DNA of 63,915 nt from Candidatus Aminicenantes bacterium (GCA_027067555.1 JAMOVU010000009.1:1-63915), one strand, 5' to 3'. Positions 52,752 to 61,944 are shown, numbered from the stretch's first letter. Notes: generated by a model not told the origin, from the sequence alone. Program-made: numbers and translations.

Positions 52752-53517
52752 CCTCCTCTATCCTTTTTTCTATATTCTTATTAAAAGATTCGGTTTCTGT
52801 ATTAAGAAGAAAGAGAAACTCTGTGTTTCCTTTTTGTCCTTTTATAGGCGAAATTTCAATATCTTTAAGAAATAGCCCCAATTCAAGTAATTTTTTATAA
52901 ACAGTGAATATTATTTCAAACAGATGCTTTTTGTCTTTAACAATTCCCTTTTTTAAAAACTCCCTCTTTCCTTCAAATTGTGGTTTTATCAGTGATATAA
53001 AGATAGCATCAGAGTTTATTTTTAAGAGAGCCGGAAAAATTTTGAGTACAGAAATAAAGGATACATCCATAGTAAAAAGCTCCGGTTTTCCGAATTTAAA
53101 ATCTTCGGGTAAAAGATATCTTGCATTTTTTTCTATTTTTATTATTTTTTCATTATTTTGAAGTTTATAGTGTAATTGTTTTGTGTTTACATCAACTGCA
53201 TATACCCTTTTTGCCCCCTCTTTTAATAAAACCTCGGAAAACCCACCTGTTGAGGAACCTATATCTGCGACAATCTTGTTTTTAACGTTTATTTTAAAAA
53301 TTTCCAGAGCTTTTTTTATCTTTAATGCACCCCTGCTAACATAGGGAAAAGGCTCCTCTATTTCTATTTCAGAATCTGTTTTTACTAAAGTGCCGGGTTT
53401 ATCTATAATTTCTCCTTTTAGCCGGACCCTTCTCTCTCTGATGTATGCCTGAGCTCTTGCTCTGCTCTCCACCATTCCTTTTTTTACAAGAAGCAGATCT
53501 AACCTCTCTTTCTCCAT
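52735..53517 (-). CDS. tlyA: TlyA family rRNA 2'-O-methyltransferase (S4 plus FtsJ-type domain)
   Basis: RLDLLLV..G..ESR, YVSRGALK, DIGSSTGGF, DVSFIS, LIKPQFE, SPIKG..GN.EF. Confidence 0.96.
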   Translation of the reverse strand: MEKERLDLLLVKKGMVESRARAQAYIRERRVRLKGEIIDKPGTLVKTDSEIEIEEPFPYVSRGALKIKKALEIFKINVKNKIVADIGSSTGGFSEVLLKEGAKRVYAVDVNTKQLHYKLQNNEKIIKIEKNARYLLPEDFKFGKPELFTMDVSFISVLKIFPALLKINSDAIFISLIKPQFEGKREFLKKGIVKDKKHLFEIIFTVYKKLLELGLFLKDIEISPIKGQKGNTEFLFLLNTETESFNKNIEKRIEEVVFGI

Positions 53518-53522
53518 AATTT

Positions 53523-53531
53523 ATAATATCA
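53523..53531 (-). promoter_or_regulatory. Extended -10 promoter, leaderless-type, for the tlyA operon
   Basis: TGaTATTAT on minus, 5 nt upstream of ATG 53517; no SD. Confidence 0.55.
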
Positions 53532-53575
53532 TAATAGAGTTTTTAATAAAATTATGGAAATTAGTTGGTTTTTGC

Positions 53576-54487
53576 TTATAAAGAGGTTATAAGTCTCATT
53601 TTATTTGCTATATAGCCAGGGGTTGAGACTATTTTCATAAAAGTTCCCATGGATAAATCGGGAAAAGAAAGAGCAATTCTGTATCTTCCGTGTAGCATTA
53701 CTACTTTGTTTTCCATTACCAATAATTCATAAGGGAGGAAAGTTATGTGTTTGGGGTTTTGTATATCTATTTTTGGTAAAAATAGTTTTTCTCCCTTTTC
53801 CCCAAGGAGTCCTATCCCAAATAGAGTTAGATGTTTTGCTGGATAATCTATCTGATATACCTTTTTTATTCCTCCTATTTCTCTTTTCAGGTTTTTGTTT
53901 ATTTTTTTTATTATGGTTTGATAATCAGTCTTTTTCTTTATTATTACAACATCATCGAAATAGGGCATTCCAAACATATAGTGATAGTTTCTTAGTTTTT
54001 TGACCGATAATCCTTTTTTGGAACCATAAGGTGTGAATTTTCCATTTTTAAGCCATCTAAGGGAAGCTCTTATTAGAGTGTCTATTTTTTCATAATTTTT
54101 TGAAACAACGGGATAATTTTTCCTGAAATAAGCATTTCCCCAGTAAAATGGATTTGTGTAGGATATTTCTATATTTCCTTCTCTGTTTTTATATAATCCT
54201 ATTCTTAGAACGGAAGCGAATGCTGTTAAGCCTCCTATTTTCTTTACGGTCTGCTTGATTAGGTCATGTGTTATGCAAATTATAAGTCGGTTTTTATCAT
54301 TCATTGGCGAATATTTTCCTGCTATAACAAAATTTTCTTCTATTAACTTTTTAGTTAATGTTTTCTCTACATTTTCTATTTCTCCTTTTTCTATTCCTGC
54401 TAAAATATAGGGTTTTAACAGGTTTTGCCCATTTAAAAATATTGCAAAAATGATGATAATAGTAAATAAGATAACAAATTTTTTCAT
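53576..54487 (-). CDS. Exported conserved hypothetical protein (possibly tandem DUF302-like alpha/beta domains)
   Basis: Signal peptide, AAAGGAGG SD; conserved-looking blocks ISYTNPFYW, LRNYHYMFGMPYF, LPYELLV, GRYRIALSFPDLSMGTFMKI. Confidence 0.6.
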   Translation of the reverse strand: MKKFVILFTIIIIFAIFLNGQNLLKPYILAGIEKGEIENVEKTLTKKLIEENFVIAGKYSPMNDKNRLIICITHDLIKQTVKKIGGLTAFASVLRIGLYKNREGNIEISYTNPFYWGNAYFRKNYPVVSKNYEKIDTLIRASLRWLKNGKFTPYGSKKGLSVKKLRNYHYMFGMPYFDDVVIIKKKTDYQTIIKKINKNLKREIGGIKKVYQIDYPAKHLTLFGIGLLGEKGEKLFLPKIDIQNPKHITFLPYELLVMENKVVMLHGRYRIALSFPDLSMGTFMKIVSTPGYIANKMRLITSL

Positions 54488-54702
54488 TAAAACCTCCTTT
54501 CTTTTTTATATTATAAAGGAAAAAAATTAATATTCAAAAAAATTATTAAAATGAAAAGATTTCTTTATATAAAGTATTAAGTAGATATTGTTTAAAAAGG
54601 TTTTATGTATGTACTTTTTGCTTTTTAAGGAAAAATTATTTTAAACATTTGGTTTTTGGCAGATTTTCCAAAGTGAAAGGTTTCGGATTAATTAATATAT
54701 GG

Positions 54703-54731
54703 TTGCAAGCCTGAGGTTTTTCCTATAAAAT
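54703..54731 (+). promoter_or_regulatory. sigma70-type promoter, leaderless-type, for the DHH-like/YgjP pair
   Basis: TTGCAA (54703-54708), 17 bp, TAAAAT (54726-54731), then ATG after 5 nt; no SD. Confidence 0.6.
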
Positions 54732-54736
54732 AATTA

Positions 54737-55786
54737 ATGCCTATTGAAAAATTTGAGTTTGTGGATTATGGAGAAGAGCTTTTTCCTCAGGAAGGTACAA
54801 TAATTGTTGATGTAGGGAAAAAACTTGAAGAGGGGATTTTAGATCACCATCAGCCTGATGCAGAAAATGAGTGTGCTGCCACCTTGGTAGTAAAACATCC
54901 CGAACTTATTCTAAATCACCTGAAAGGGGGAAAAAGTTTCAGACTGATAACCCATCGTTATCCTGATTTTGATGCTGTTTCATCTGCGTTTTTAGTTGAA
55001 AAAGTTGTGGAAAGAGGAAAAGTGACAAATTCAATGAAAAAAATTGCGGAATACGCCAAGGTTGTTGACTCCTCCAACCTTCCTCCCTCCATTCCTCTTG
55101 AAGATACTCCCTACGCTGTTCTATACTCGATGTTTCATCAGATAAATTATGACAGGGGAACCAATCAAAAGAATAAGGTAGATTTTATAGGAGAAAAGAG
55201 AATGAAAATAGGGTTTGAGCTTTTAACAAGACTTGAAGAGCTTGCTGAAAGAGGAGAGGATATTTTTACTGCAATGAGATTAATGTCCGGATACAGAGAT
55301 TATGAAAGAGCAAGGAAAAATATTTTTGAAGATTATAAAAATTATTTAACAGATACTATGAGGGCTTCTACAGGAGAGATAGAGCTTTTAACAAATGATG
55401 GAAAAGCTCTTAAAAAGGTTGACTATTTTTTTATTATAAACCCCTCTTCTTATCTTTTAAAGGACTGGATAAAAAGAGATTATACAAATTCACCTTCAAA
55501 AAGAGGTTTTTCTCTTTTAATGAGTTCTCTTTATCCGGGAAATTTCATAATTGCAACATCACCTTCTTCAGGTACCTATTTAAAAGGCCTGGGTGAAATT
55601 TTAAACAGAGTGGAGAGAGAGAAGAGAGAAGAAGCGAAGAAGCCAGTGGCAGAGTGGTACAAGGGGGATTCTCCTTTTTTTAATTACAGAATAGTTGCAA
55701 GTCCGAGTGATGGAACCGTGCTTACGAAAGAGGAAGTCATATCCTGTTTTAAAGAATACCTTGAAGCAATTAAGAAACTTGTTTAA
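54737..55786 (+). CDS. DHH-like phosphoesterase with permuted motif order (uncharacterised)
   Basis: IIVDVG (aa 22-27), ILDHHQ (34-39), CAATLV (46-51), LITHRYPDFDA (70-80). Confidence 0.65.
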   Translation: MPIEKFEFVDYGEELFPQEGTIIVDVGKKLEEGILDHHQPDAENECAATLVVKHPELILNHLKGGKSFRLITHRYPDFDAVSSAFLVEKVVERGKVTNSMKKIAEYAKVVDSSNLPPSIPLEDTPYAVLYSMFHQINYDRGTNQKNKVDFIGEKRMKIGFELLTRLEELAERGEDIFTAMRLMSGYRDYERARKNIFEDYKNYLTDTMRASTGEIELLTNDGKALKKVDYFFIINPSSYLLKDWIKRDYTNSPSKRGFSLLMSSLYPGNFIIATSPSSGTYLKGLGEILNRVEREKREEAKKPVAEWYKGDSPFFNYRIVASPSDGTVLTKEEVISCFKEYLEAIKKLV

Positions 55787-56349
55787 TGAAAAAAGTAAAA
55801 ATAGAGGGGATTGAATTTAATATTCTTTTTAAAAATGTTAGATATTATAGGCTGAGTTTTGAAGAAGGTCTCTTTTATCTCACGCTTCCGAAAACTTTTC
55901 CTGAAGGAAAAATAAAAAATTTGATAATAAAACACAAAAGATGGGCAAAAAACAGATTATTGGAGTATAAAAAGATTAAGGAATTAGAAAAAGGAGAGGT
56001 TATTTATCACAGAGATGTTTTTGATTTTGAGAATATGGTTTTATCTATTTTAAAAGAGGGAAGCAAAAAAATGGGCGTACATTTTAATAATATTAAATTC
56101 AGATATATGAAATCAAGATGGGGTAGCTGCTCTTCTAAGGGAAACATAAGTATTAATAGGTATTTAATGTTTTTTCCCTATGAATTAATTGAATATGTTG
56201 TTTACCATGAGCTTGCTCATCTTAAGTATAAAAATCATGGAAATGGGTTTAAAAATTTTTTGTCAAAGTATCTTCACGATTGGGAAAGGAGAAAAAAGGA
56301 ACTTAAACTTTGGGGGCTTCTTCTAAAAGAGAGAAAGTTTATCCCTTGA
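55786..56349 (+). CDS. YgjP/DUF45 (SprT/M48-like zincin) family protein
   Basis: MKSRWGSCS..G.I.IN, IEYVVYHELAHL...NH..F. Confidence 0.9.
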   Translation: MKKVKIEGIEFNILFKNVRYYRLSFEEGLFYLTLPKTFPEGKIKNLIIKHKRWAKNRLLEYKKIKELEKGEVIYHRDVFDFENMVLSILKEGSKKMGVHFNNIKFRYMKSRWGSCSSKGNISINRYLMFFPYELIEYVVYHELAHLKYKNHGNGFKNFLSKYLHDWERRKKELKLWGLLLKERKFIP

Positions 56350-56374
56350 AAGGGGTGATACAATAATTTATAAT
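56346..56374 (+). promoter_or_regulatory. sigma70-type promoter of nnr-tsaE-lepB
   Basis: TTGAAA (56346-56351), 17 bp, TATAAT (56369-56374); AAGGAGGTG SD before ATG 56400. Confidence 0.7.
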
Positions 56375-56399
56375 CTTTTAAATTATAAGGAGGTGAAAA

Positions 56400-57974
56400 A
56401 TGTATGTTTTAACCGTAAAAGATTCAAGGGCTGTTGATAGTATTGCAATGGGTGATTATAGATTTCCAAGTGAGCTTTTAATGGAAAATGCCGGAAGATC
56501 GGTGGTTGATGCAATAGAAAATAGCTTCGGAGAGGTTGAAGGAAAGTTAATAACAATTGTTTCGGGAAAAGGAAACAATGGAGGGGATGGAATTGTTGTG
56601 GCAAGACATCTTTACAATAGAGGGGCTATTGTTTACCTTATTCTTTTAACTTCTCCTTCAAAGCTTAACAGGGATCCCCGGATAAATTATAAGATTCTGA
56701 AAAATTATAATGTTGATATTTTTATTGTTAAGGATGAAAAAAAATGGAAAAAGTATCTGGATTTGATAGAAGAATCCGATATTGTTGTTGATGCTATCTT
56801 TGGAACCGGATTTAAGGGTAGTGTGAAAGGCTTTTATAATGCTGTTATAAGAGATATTAATGATAAAGCAAAAGCGATAGTTTCCATTGATATTCCTTCG
56901 GGTATCAATGGGGATACTTTGATTCCTGAGGGGAATCATATATATGCGGATCTTACGGTAAGCATGGCAAGTTTTAAACCCGCCCATGTATTGCCTCATT
57001 CGGAGGAATATTGCGGACACACTGTTGTAGGAGATATAGGAATCCCACCTGAAATCATACAGGAAAGAGCTCTTTTTAAAATTCTTTCCCCCGAGGATTT
57101 TCCATTTTTTCCGATTGAGAGAGATTTAAATTCTCACAAAGGTGATTTTGGGCATCTTGTTATTTTGGGAGGAAGCAGAGATAAGAGCGGAGCTGTTATA
57201 ATGGCTGCAAAAGCAGCACTGCGAGCAGGGGCCGGTTTGGTAACTGTTGCCTCTGTACCATCTGTAATTGAGAGAGTGGCAAATAGTGTACCTGAAGCTA
57301 TGTTTTATCCTTTGGAAGAAAGGGATGGCCTTATTTATTGTAAAGATCAGAAAGAATTTTTGAATTTTTTAAAGGATAAAACAGCTCTTGTAATAGGACC
57401 GGGAATGGGTGTAAGCGATGAACTTAAGAAACTTATTTTAAAACTTACCAAGGAGCTTTCCATTCCAATAATAATAGATGCAGATGGTCTCAATAATTTG
57501 AAAGAAGGTGTGAAAAAAATAAAAAAGAGAAACATAGTTTTTACACCGCATCCCGGAGAATTTGAAAGAATTTCGGGAATAAAAAAAGAGAAAATAAAAA
57601 ATAACAGATGGGTTGAGGGAATAGAGTTTTCAAAGAAATACGGAACAAATCTTGTATTGAAAGGATATAAAACACTGATATGTTTCGGGGATGGGGATTG
57701 TTATGTAAATCCTGCCGGAAACCCGGGAATGGCAACAGGAGGAAGCGGAGATGTGCTTTCAGGAATTTTGGGAGGTATTTTGGCTCAGAAAGAGGCATCA
57801 TCTCTTTTTGAATCCTCTGTCCTCTTTTCTGTTTTTATTCACTCTTTGGCTGCTGATCTTGCAGTGGGTGAAAAAGGGGAAGATTCTCTTATTGCAACAG
57901 ATATAATCGATTATCTTCCTAAAGCTTTTGGATATTTAAGAGAGGACTATGAAGGTTATGATGAAGAAGTTTAA
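56400..57974 (+). CDS. nnr: Bifunctional NAD(P)H-hydrate epimerase/dehydratase
   Basis: LMENAG, GKGNNGGDG, DAIFGTG, DIPSG, SHKGDFG, GPGMG, DADG, TPHPGE, ATGGSGDVLSG. Confidence 0.97.
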   Translation: MYVLTVKDSRAVDSIAMGDYRFPSELLMENAGRSVVDAIENSFGEVEGKLITIVSGKGNNGGDGIVVARHLYNRGAIVYLILLTSPSKLNRDPRINYKILKNYNVDIFIVKDEKKWKKYLDLIEESDIVVDAIFGTGFKGSVKGFYNAVIRDINDKAKAIVSIDIPSGINGDTLIPEGNHIYADLTVSMASFKPAHVLPHSEEYCGHTVVGDIGIPPEIIQERALFKILSPEDFPFFPIERDLNSHKGDFGHLVILGGSRDKSGAVIMAAKAALRAGAGLVTVASVPSVIERVANSVPEAMFYPLEERDGLIYCKDQKEFLNFLKDKTALVIGPGMGVSDELKKLILKLTKELSIPIIIDADGLNNLKEGVKKIKKRNIVFTPHPGEFERISGIKKEKIKNNRWVEGIEFSKKYGTNLVLKGYKTLICFGDGDCYVNPAGNPGMATGGSGDVLSGILGGILAQKEASSLFESSVLFSVFIHSLAADLAVGEKGEDSLIATDIIDYLPKAFGYLREDYEGYDEEV

Positions 57975-58380
57975 AAGTTTTTCTCCTGATAATACAAAAA
58001 GAATAGCGGAAGAATTTGCTAAGGAGTTAAAAGGGAATGAAATTGTATATTTAAGCGGAGAGCTTGGAGCAGGAAAAACACTTTTTATAAAAGGAATGGC
58101 AAAGGTTTTTGGGGTGGATGAGATAGAGGTTAATTCTCCAACTTTTACTTTAATGAATGTTTACAAAGGCAAAGTTGAGATATATCATCTTGATCTTTAC
58201 AGGCTTTCTCCGGAGGAAGCAGAGGAGATGATAACTGACTTTGTGGGTAAAGGCCTTATTATTCTTGAATGGGGGGATAGGCTTAAGGATGATATCTTTG
58301 ATCTTCCCGGTTTTTTTATTGAGATAGATATAATTAATGAAAATGAAAGGGATATTAAAATAGAGAAAATTGAAAAATAG
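57949..58380 (+). CDS. tsaE: tRNA threonylcarbamoyladenosine biosynthesis ATPase TsaE
   Basis: GELGAGKT, SPTFTL, YHLDLYRL, LEW; follows nnr. The true start may be 57958 or 57961. Confidence 0.95.
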   Translation: MKVMMKKFKSFSPDNTKRIAEEFAKELKGNEIVYLSGELGAGKTLFIKGMAKVFGVDEIEVNSPTFTLMNVYKGKVEIYHLDLYRLSPEEAEEMITDFVGKGLIILEWGDRLKDDIFDLPGFFIEIDIINENERDIKIEKIEK

Positions 58381-58843
58381 ATTTTTGTTTTTTCTTTTAA
58401 TCTTTATTTTTGTAATTCTTTTTTTGACTGTTGAGAATTTTTTTGTCTTCAGAGTATCCGGAAGCTCTATGTATCCCACTTTTAAGGATGGAGACTACAT
58501 TCTTGTGATGAAAAGCAAAAATTTTAAAATTGGAGATATTATTGTATTTTTCAGTGGGGAAAATGGAAGCAGTGAAAAATTGGTTAAAAGAGTGGTGGCT
58601 GAGAAAGGGATGGCCCTTGAGTATGTAAAGGATGGGAAATACATAAAAATATCAAGCGGAAAGGAATTTAATAAAGATTCTTATATAATACCCGATGGTT
58701 TTCTCTTTGTTATGGGAGATAATCTGCAAACTTCTTATGATAGCAGGGAGGGATGGCTTATTAACAGGAATCTTGTTATTGGAAAAGTGATCTGTCGCCT
58801 TTTTCCACCGAAACTATTTTTTGTTAATTTCTTGAAAAAATGA
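58370..58843 (+). CDS. lepB: Signal peptidase I (short S26 type)
   Basis: TM helix, SGSSMYPT (catalytic Ser), GDIIVF, LVKRV (Lys), MGDN..SYDSR; TTG start. Confidence 0.9.
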   Translation: MKNRFLFFLLIFIFVILFLTVENFFVFRVSGSSMYPTFKDGDYILVMKSKNFKIGDIIVFFSGENGSSEKLVKRVVAEKGMALEYVKDGKYIKISSGKEFNKDSYIIPDGFLFVMGDNLQTSYDSREGWLINRNLVIGKVICRLFPPKLFFVNFLKK

Positions 58844-58860
58844 GAAAAAATTGCTATAGT
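58832..58860 (+). promoter_or_regulatory. sigma70-type promoter, near-leaderless, of the nuo operon
   Basis: TTGAAA (58832-58837), 17 bp, TATAGT (58855-58860) with TG extension; ATG follows 8 nt later; no SD. Confidence 0.6.
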
Positions 58861-58868
58861 TTAAAACA

Positions 58869-59219
58869 ATGATCGAGATTTTAGTGGCAATAACTTTTTT
58901 CGGAATAATTGCTTTTATATCTGCTAATATCTCGGGTGTTTTAGGTCCGAAAAGTGATAATCCAACAAAGGAAACTCCTTTTGAGTGTGGCTCTCCCCTT
59001 ATTGAAAAATTCAATGTTTCCTACACACCCATCTATTTTTTTGTGGCAATTGCATTCCTGATTTTTGATGTTGAAGCTTCATATCTTTTGATGTGGGCAT
59101 TAATATTGAGGGGAGTAACGGATAAACTAACACTATTAATTGTTGGCGGACTCTTTTTTCTTGTGATAATAATAGCTTTTGCCTATATCTGGAAAAAGGG
59201 AGGCTTTGAGTGGGAGTAG
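58869..59219 (+). CDS. nuoA: NADH-quinone oxidoreductase subunit A
   Basis: PFECG, FLIFDVE, YIWKKGGFEWE. Confidence 0.95.
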   Translation: MIEILVAITFFGIIAFISANISGVLGPKSDNPTKETPFECGSPLIEKFNVSYTPIYFFVAIAFLIFDVEASYLLMWALILRGVTDKLTLLIVGGLFFLVIIIAFAYIWKKGGFEWE

Positions 59220-59686
59220 AGAGCGGCAATTTTATAACCACCAAATTTGACAGTATCCTTGGTTGGGCAAGAAAATACTCTATGTTTGTTTATCCATTCG
59301 TTACAGCTTGCTGTGGAATGGAGTACATTGCTGCAGCTTGCTCCCATTTTGATATAGATAGATTTGGTGCCGGGCTTACACGATTTTCCCCGAGGCAGTC
59401 TGATGTTTTAATGATTGTAGGTACCATTTCCCAAAAGATAGCTCCTGTTTTAAGAAAGATTTATGATCAGATGGCAGAGCCAAAGTGGGTTGTGGCATTC
59501 GGGACCTGTGCTGTCAGCGGGGGTATTTATGATAATTATTCAACCGTTCAGGGAGCTGATAAGATTGTTCCTGTTGATGTTTATATCCCGGGATGTCCTC
59601 CGAGACCCGAGACTGTTTTTGAAGGAATTATGAAGCTTCAGGAAAAGATTCAAAACCAACCGCAGGATTGGAGATGGAAGAAATAA
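59210..59686 (+). CDS. nuoB: NADH-quinone oxidoreductase subunit B
   Basis: TACCGME, SPRQSD, QMAEPKWV, GTCA, VDVYIPGCPPRPE; GTG start. Confidence 0.97.
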   Translation: MGVESGNFITTKFDSILGWARKYSMFVYPFVTACCGMEYIAAACSHFDIDRFGAGLTRFSPRQSDVLMIVGTISQKIAPVLRKIYDQMAEPKWVVAFGTCAVSGGIYDNYSTVQGADKIVPVDVYIPGCPPRPETVFEGIMKLQEKIQNQPQDWRWKK

Positions 59687-60153
59687 TAGATAAGATTAAA
59701 TCTGCATTTAAGGAGACCATTCTCTTTTTTGAAGAGAGAGAGATGCCGGTTTTTATAATAAAAAAGGAAGATGTTTTAAGTTTTGTTAGTTTTCTTAAGG
59801 AAAGCAGTTTTTCAATCCTGTTGGATATAACAGCGGTAGATTATTTGAAATGGCCCGAGCAAAAAGAGAAAAGGTTTGAAATTGTTTATCACTTTTTCTC
59901 ACTTGAATACAATCTTAGAATAAGAGTTAAATTTTCAATAGATGAAAAGGAGAAATCTCCGTCTCTTACAAGCTTTTACAAAAATGCAAACTGGCTTGAG
60001 AGAGAAGTTTATGATATGTATGGAATTAAATTCGATGGTCACCCTGATCTCAGGAGAATTTTGATGTATGATGAATTTAAAGGCCACCCTCTGAGAAAAG
60101 ATTATCCGCTGAAAAAAAGACAGCCGAGACTTGAAGGTTTGAAAGATGATTAA
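59668..60153 (+). CDS. nuoC: NADH-quinone oxidoreductase subunit C
   Basis: DITAVDY, RFEIVYH, ANWLEREVYDMYG, GHPDLRRIL, GHPLRKDYP. Start is TTG 59668 or ATG 59674. Confidence 0.96.
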   Translation: MEMEEIIDKIKSAFKETILFFEEREMPVFIIKKEDVLSFVSFLKESSFSILLDITAVDYLKWPEQKEKRFEIVYHFFSLEYNLRIRVKFSIDEKEKSPSLTSFYKNANWLEREVYDMYGIKFDGHPDLRRILMYDEFKGHPLRKDYPLKKRQPRLEGLKDD

Positions 60154-61474
60154 GATAAAAAAAGAGTCTGATAATAGTTTTATTCTGAATATTGGACCTT
60201 CTCACCCTGCAATGCACGGTACCATAAGAATAGTTGTTGAGACAGAGGGAGAAAAGGTTATAAATTCGGATGTTGAGATAGGCTATCTCCACAGAGGATT
60301 TGAAAAAACCGCAGAGCATAAGTCTTATCCGAAGATAATTCCATATACTGACAGATTAAACTATACCTCCCCTCTTATAAATAATCATGGATTTGCCCTT
60401 GCTGTTGAAACTCTTTTGGGTATTGAAGTTCCCGAAAGGGCAAAAATCATAAGAGTTGCAATGGATGAAATTGCAAGAATTACGGATCATCTGATTGATG
60501 TTGCTGCAATGATAAATGAAACCGGAGCAATTACTGTTTTGCTTTATATGATGGAAGCAAGAGAATACTTCTGGGATGTAATAGACAGCACCACAGGAGC
60601 AAGGGTTACTACCTCTTATATTAGAATAGGAGGTGTTAAGGCTGATGTTCCCGAAAATTTCAGAGAGCTTACGGAAAAAGCCATTAAAGAGACAAGGAGG
60701 ATACTGAGGGAAGTTGATGGCCTTATTTCAAAAAATTCCATATTTTTAAAGAGGACAAAGGGAATAGGAGTGCTTTCAAAAGAGGATGCTCTATCCTATG
60801 GCTTTACAGGTCCTCTTTTAAGGGCAACCGGTATTTTCTATGATGTTAGAAAGTTTTCCCCTTATGCTGTTTATCCTAAAGTTGAGTTTGAGGTGCCTTT
60901 GGGTGAAAACGGAGATGTTTATGATAGATATAAGGTCAGAATGCAGGAGATGGAACAGAGTATGAAAATAATTGAACAGTGTCTTGATCTTCTTGATGAG
61001 ACAGCACCGGAAAGAGTGAGCAATAGGGATGTGGATGCTGCTGAGGCTCTTTCAAAAAGCAAATTTGATAAAGGGGTTAAAACTGAAAGGATTAAACTTT
61101 CCCCCAATCTTGAGGGAATGGAGAGGGAAAGTTACGATGGAATTTATTCAAAAAACAGAAGATTTGTTCCCCCTCCGAAGCAAACGGTTTACAATAGTAT
61201 AGAAGGTATAATACATCAATTTTTATATGTTATGGATGGATACGGTATAAGACCGCCTAAGGGAGAGGTTTATGCTGCTGTTGAAGGGGGAAACGGAGAA
61301 CTCGGGTTTTACCTTGTATCGGATGGGTCGGATATTCCCTATAAACTCCATGTGAGAGCCCCTTCTTTTCACCTTATGAGTTCTCTTTCTGAAATGATTA
61401 AGGGGCACTACATTGCTGACATAATACCGATCTTCGGTTCAATAAATATGATCGGAGGAGAGACTGACAGATGA
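60146..61474 (+). CDS. nuoD: NADH-quinone oxidoreductase subunit D
   Basis: NIGPSHPAMHG, GYLHRGFEK, TDRLNY, GDVYDRY, GELG, RAPSF, GETDR; no NiFe-binding CxxC motifs. Confidence 0.96.
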   Translation: MIKIKKESDNSFILNIGPSHPAMHGTIRIVVETEGEKVINSDVEIGYLHRGFEKTAEHKSYPKIIPYTDRLNYTSPLINNHGFALAVETLLGIEVPERAKIIRVAMDEIARITDHLIDVAAMINETGAITVLLYMMEAREYFWDVIDSTTGARVTTSYIRIGGVKADVPENFRELTEKAIKETRRILREVDGLISKNSIFLKRTKGIGVLSKEDALSYGFTGPLLRATGIFYDVRKFSPYAVYPKVEFEVPLGENGDVYDRYKVRMQEMEQSMKIIEQCLDLLDETAPERVSNRDVDAAEALSKSKFDKGVKTERIKLSPNLEGMERESYDGIYSKNRRFVPPPKQTVYNSIEGIIHQFLYVMDGYGIRPPKGEVYAAVEGGNGELGFYLVSDGSDIPYKLHVRAPSFHLMSSLSEMIKGHYIADIIPIFGSINMIGGETDR

Positions 61475-61944
61475 AATTTTTAACAGGTGAAACAGAAAAA
61501 ACAATTAAAGAGTTGATGGGAAAATACGAAGATCCGAGATCAGCTCTTCTTCCGATTTTGCACACTGTTCAGAGAGATTACGGATATATTTCAAAAGAAG
61601 CAATAGAGGAAATTTCAGAAATTTTGGATATACCCAAAGTTGAAATAAAAGGTGTTATAACATTTTATTCAATGCTGAGAGAAAAACCTGCAGGCAAATA
61701 TCACATTCAGCTCTGCAGAAATGTAGCCTGTTATCTTAATGGTGGAAAAGAATTGGTTGAATTTTTGGAAAAGGAGTATGGTCTTAAACCGGGAACTTTT
61801 ACGGATAATATGAAATTTTCGCTTTCTTTGGTTGAATGTATCGGTCAGTGTGAAATAGCTCCGGCTGTTCAGATTAATGATAAATTTTACGGGAATCTTA
61901 CTCCGAAAAAGCTGAAAGAAATTTTAAGCAAGTTGGAAGGATGA
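61471..61944 (+). CDS. nuoE: NADH-quinone oxidoreductase subunit E
   Basis: SALLPILH, VITFY, CRNVAC, ECIGQC..AP. Confidence 0.95.
   Translation: MKFLTGETEKTIKELMGKYEDPRSALLPILHTVQRDYGYISKEAIEEISEILDIPKVEIKGVITFYSMLREKPAGKYHIQLCRNVACYLNGGKELVEFLEKEYGLKPGTFTDNMKFSLSLVECIGQCEIAPAVQINDKFYGNLTPKKLKEILSKLEG

Noticed and set aside
54551-54580. Tiny ORF MKRFLYIKY in the AT-rich spacer
   Set aside because: It is 9 codons with no SD or other support, as expected by chance.
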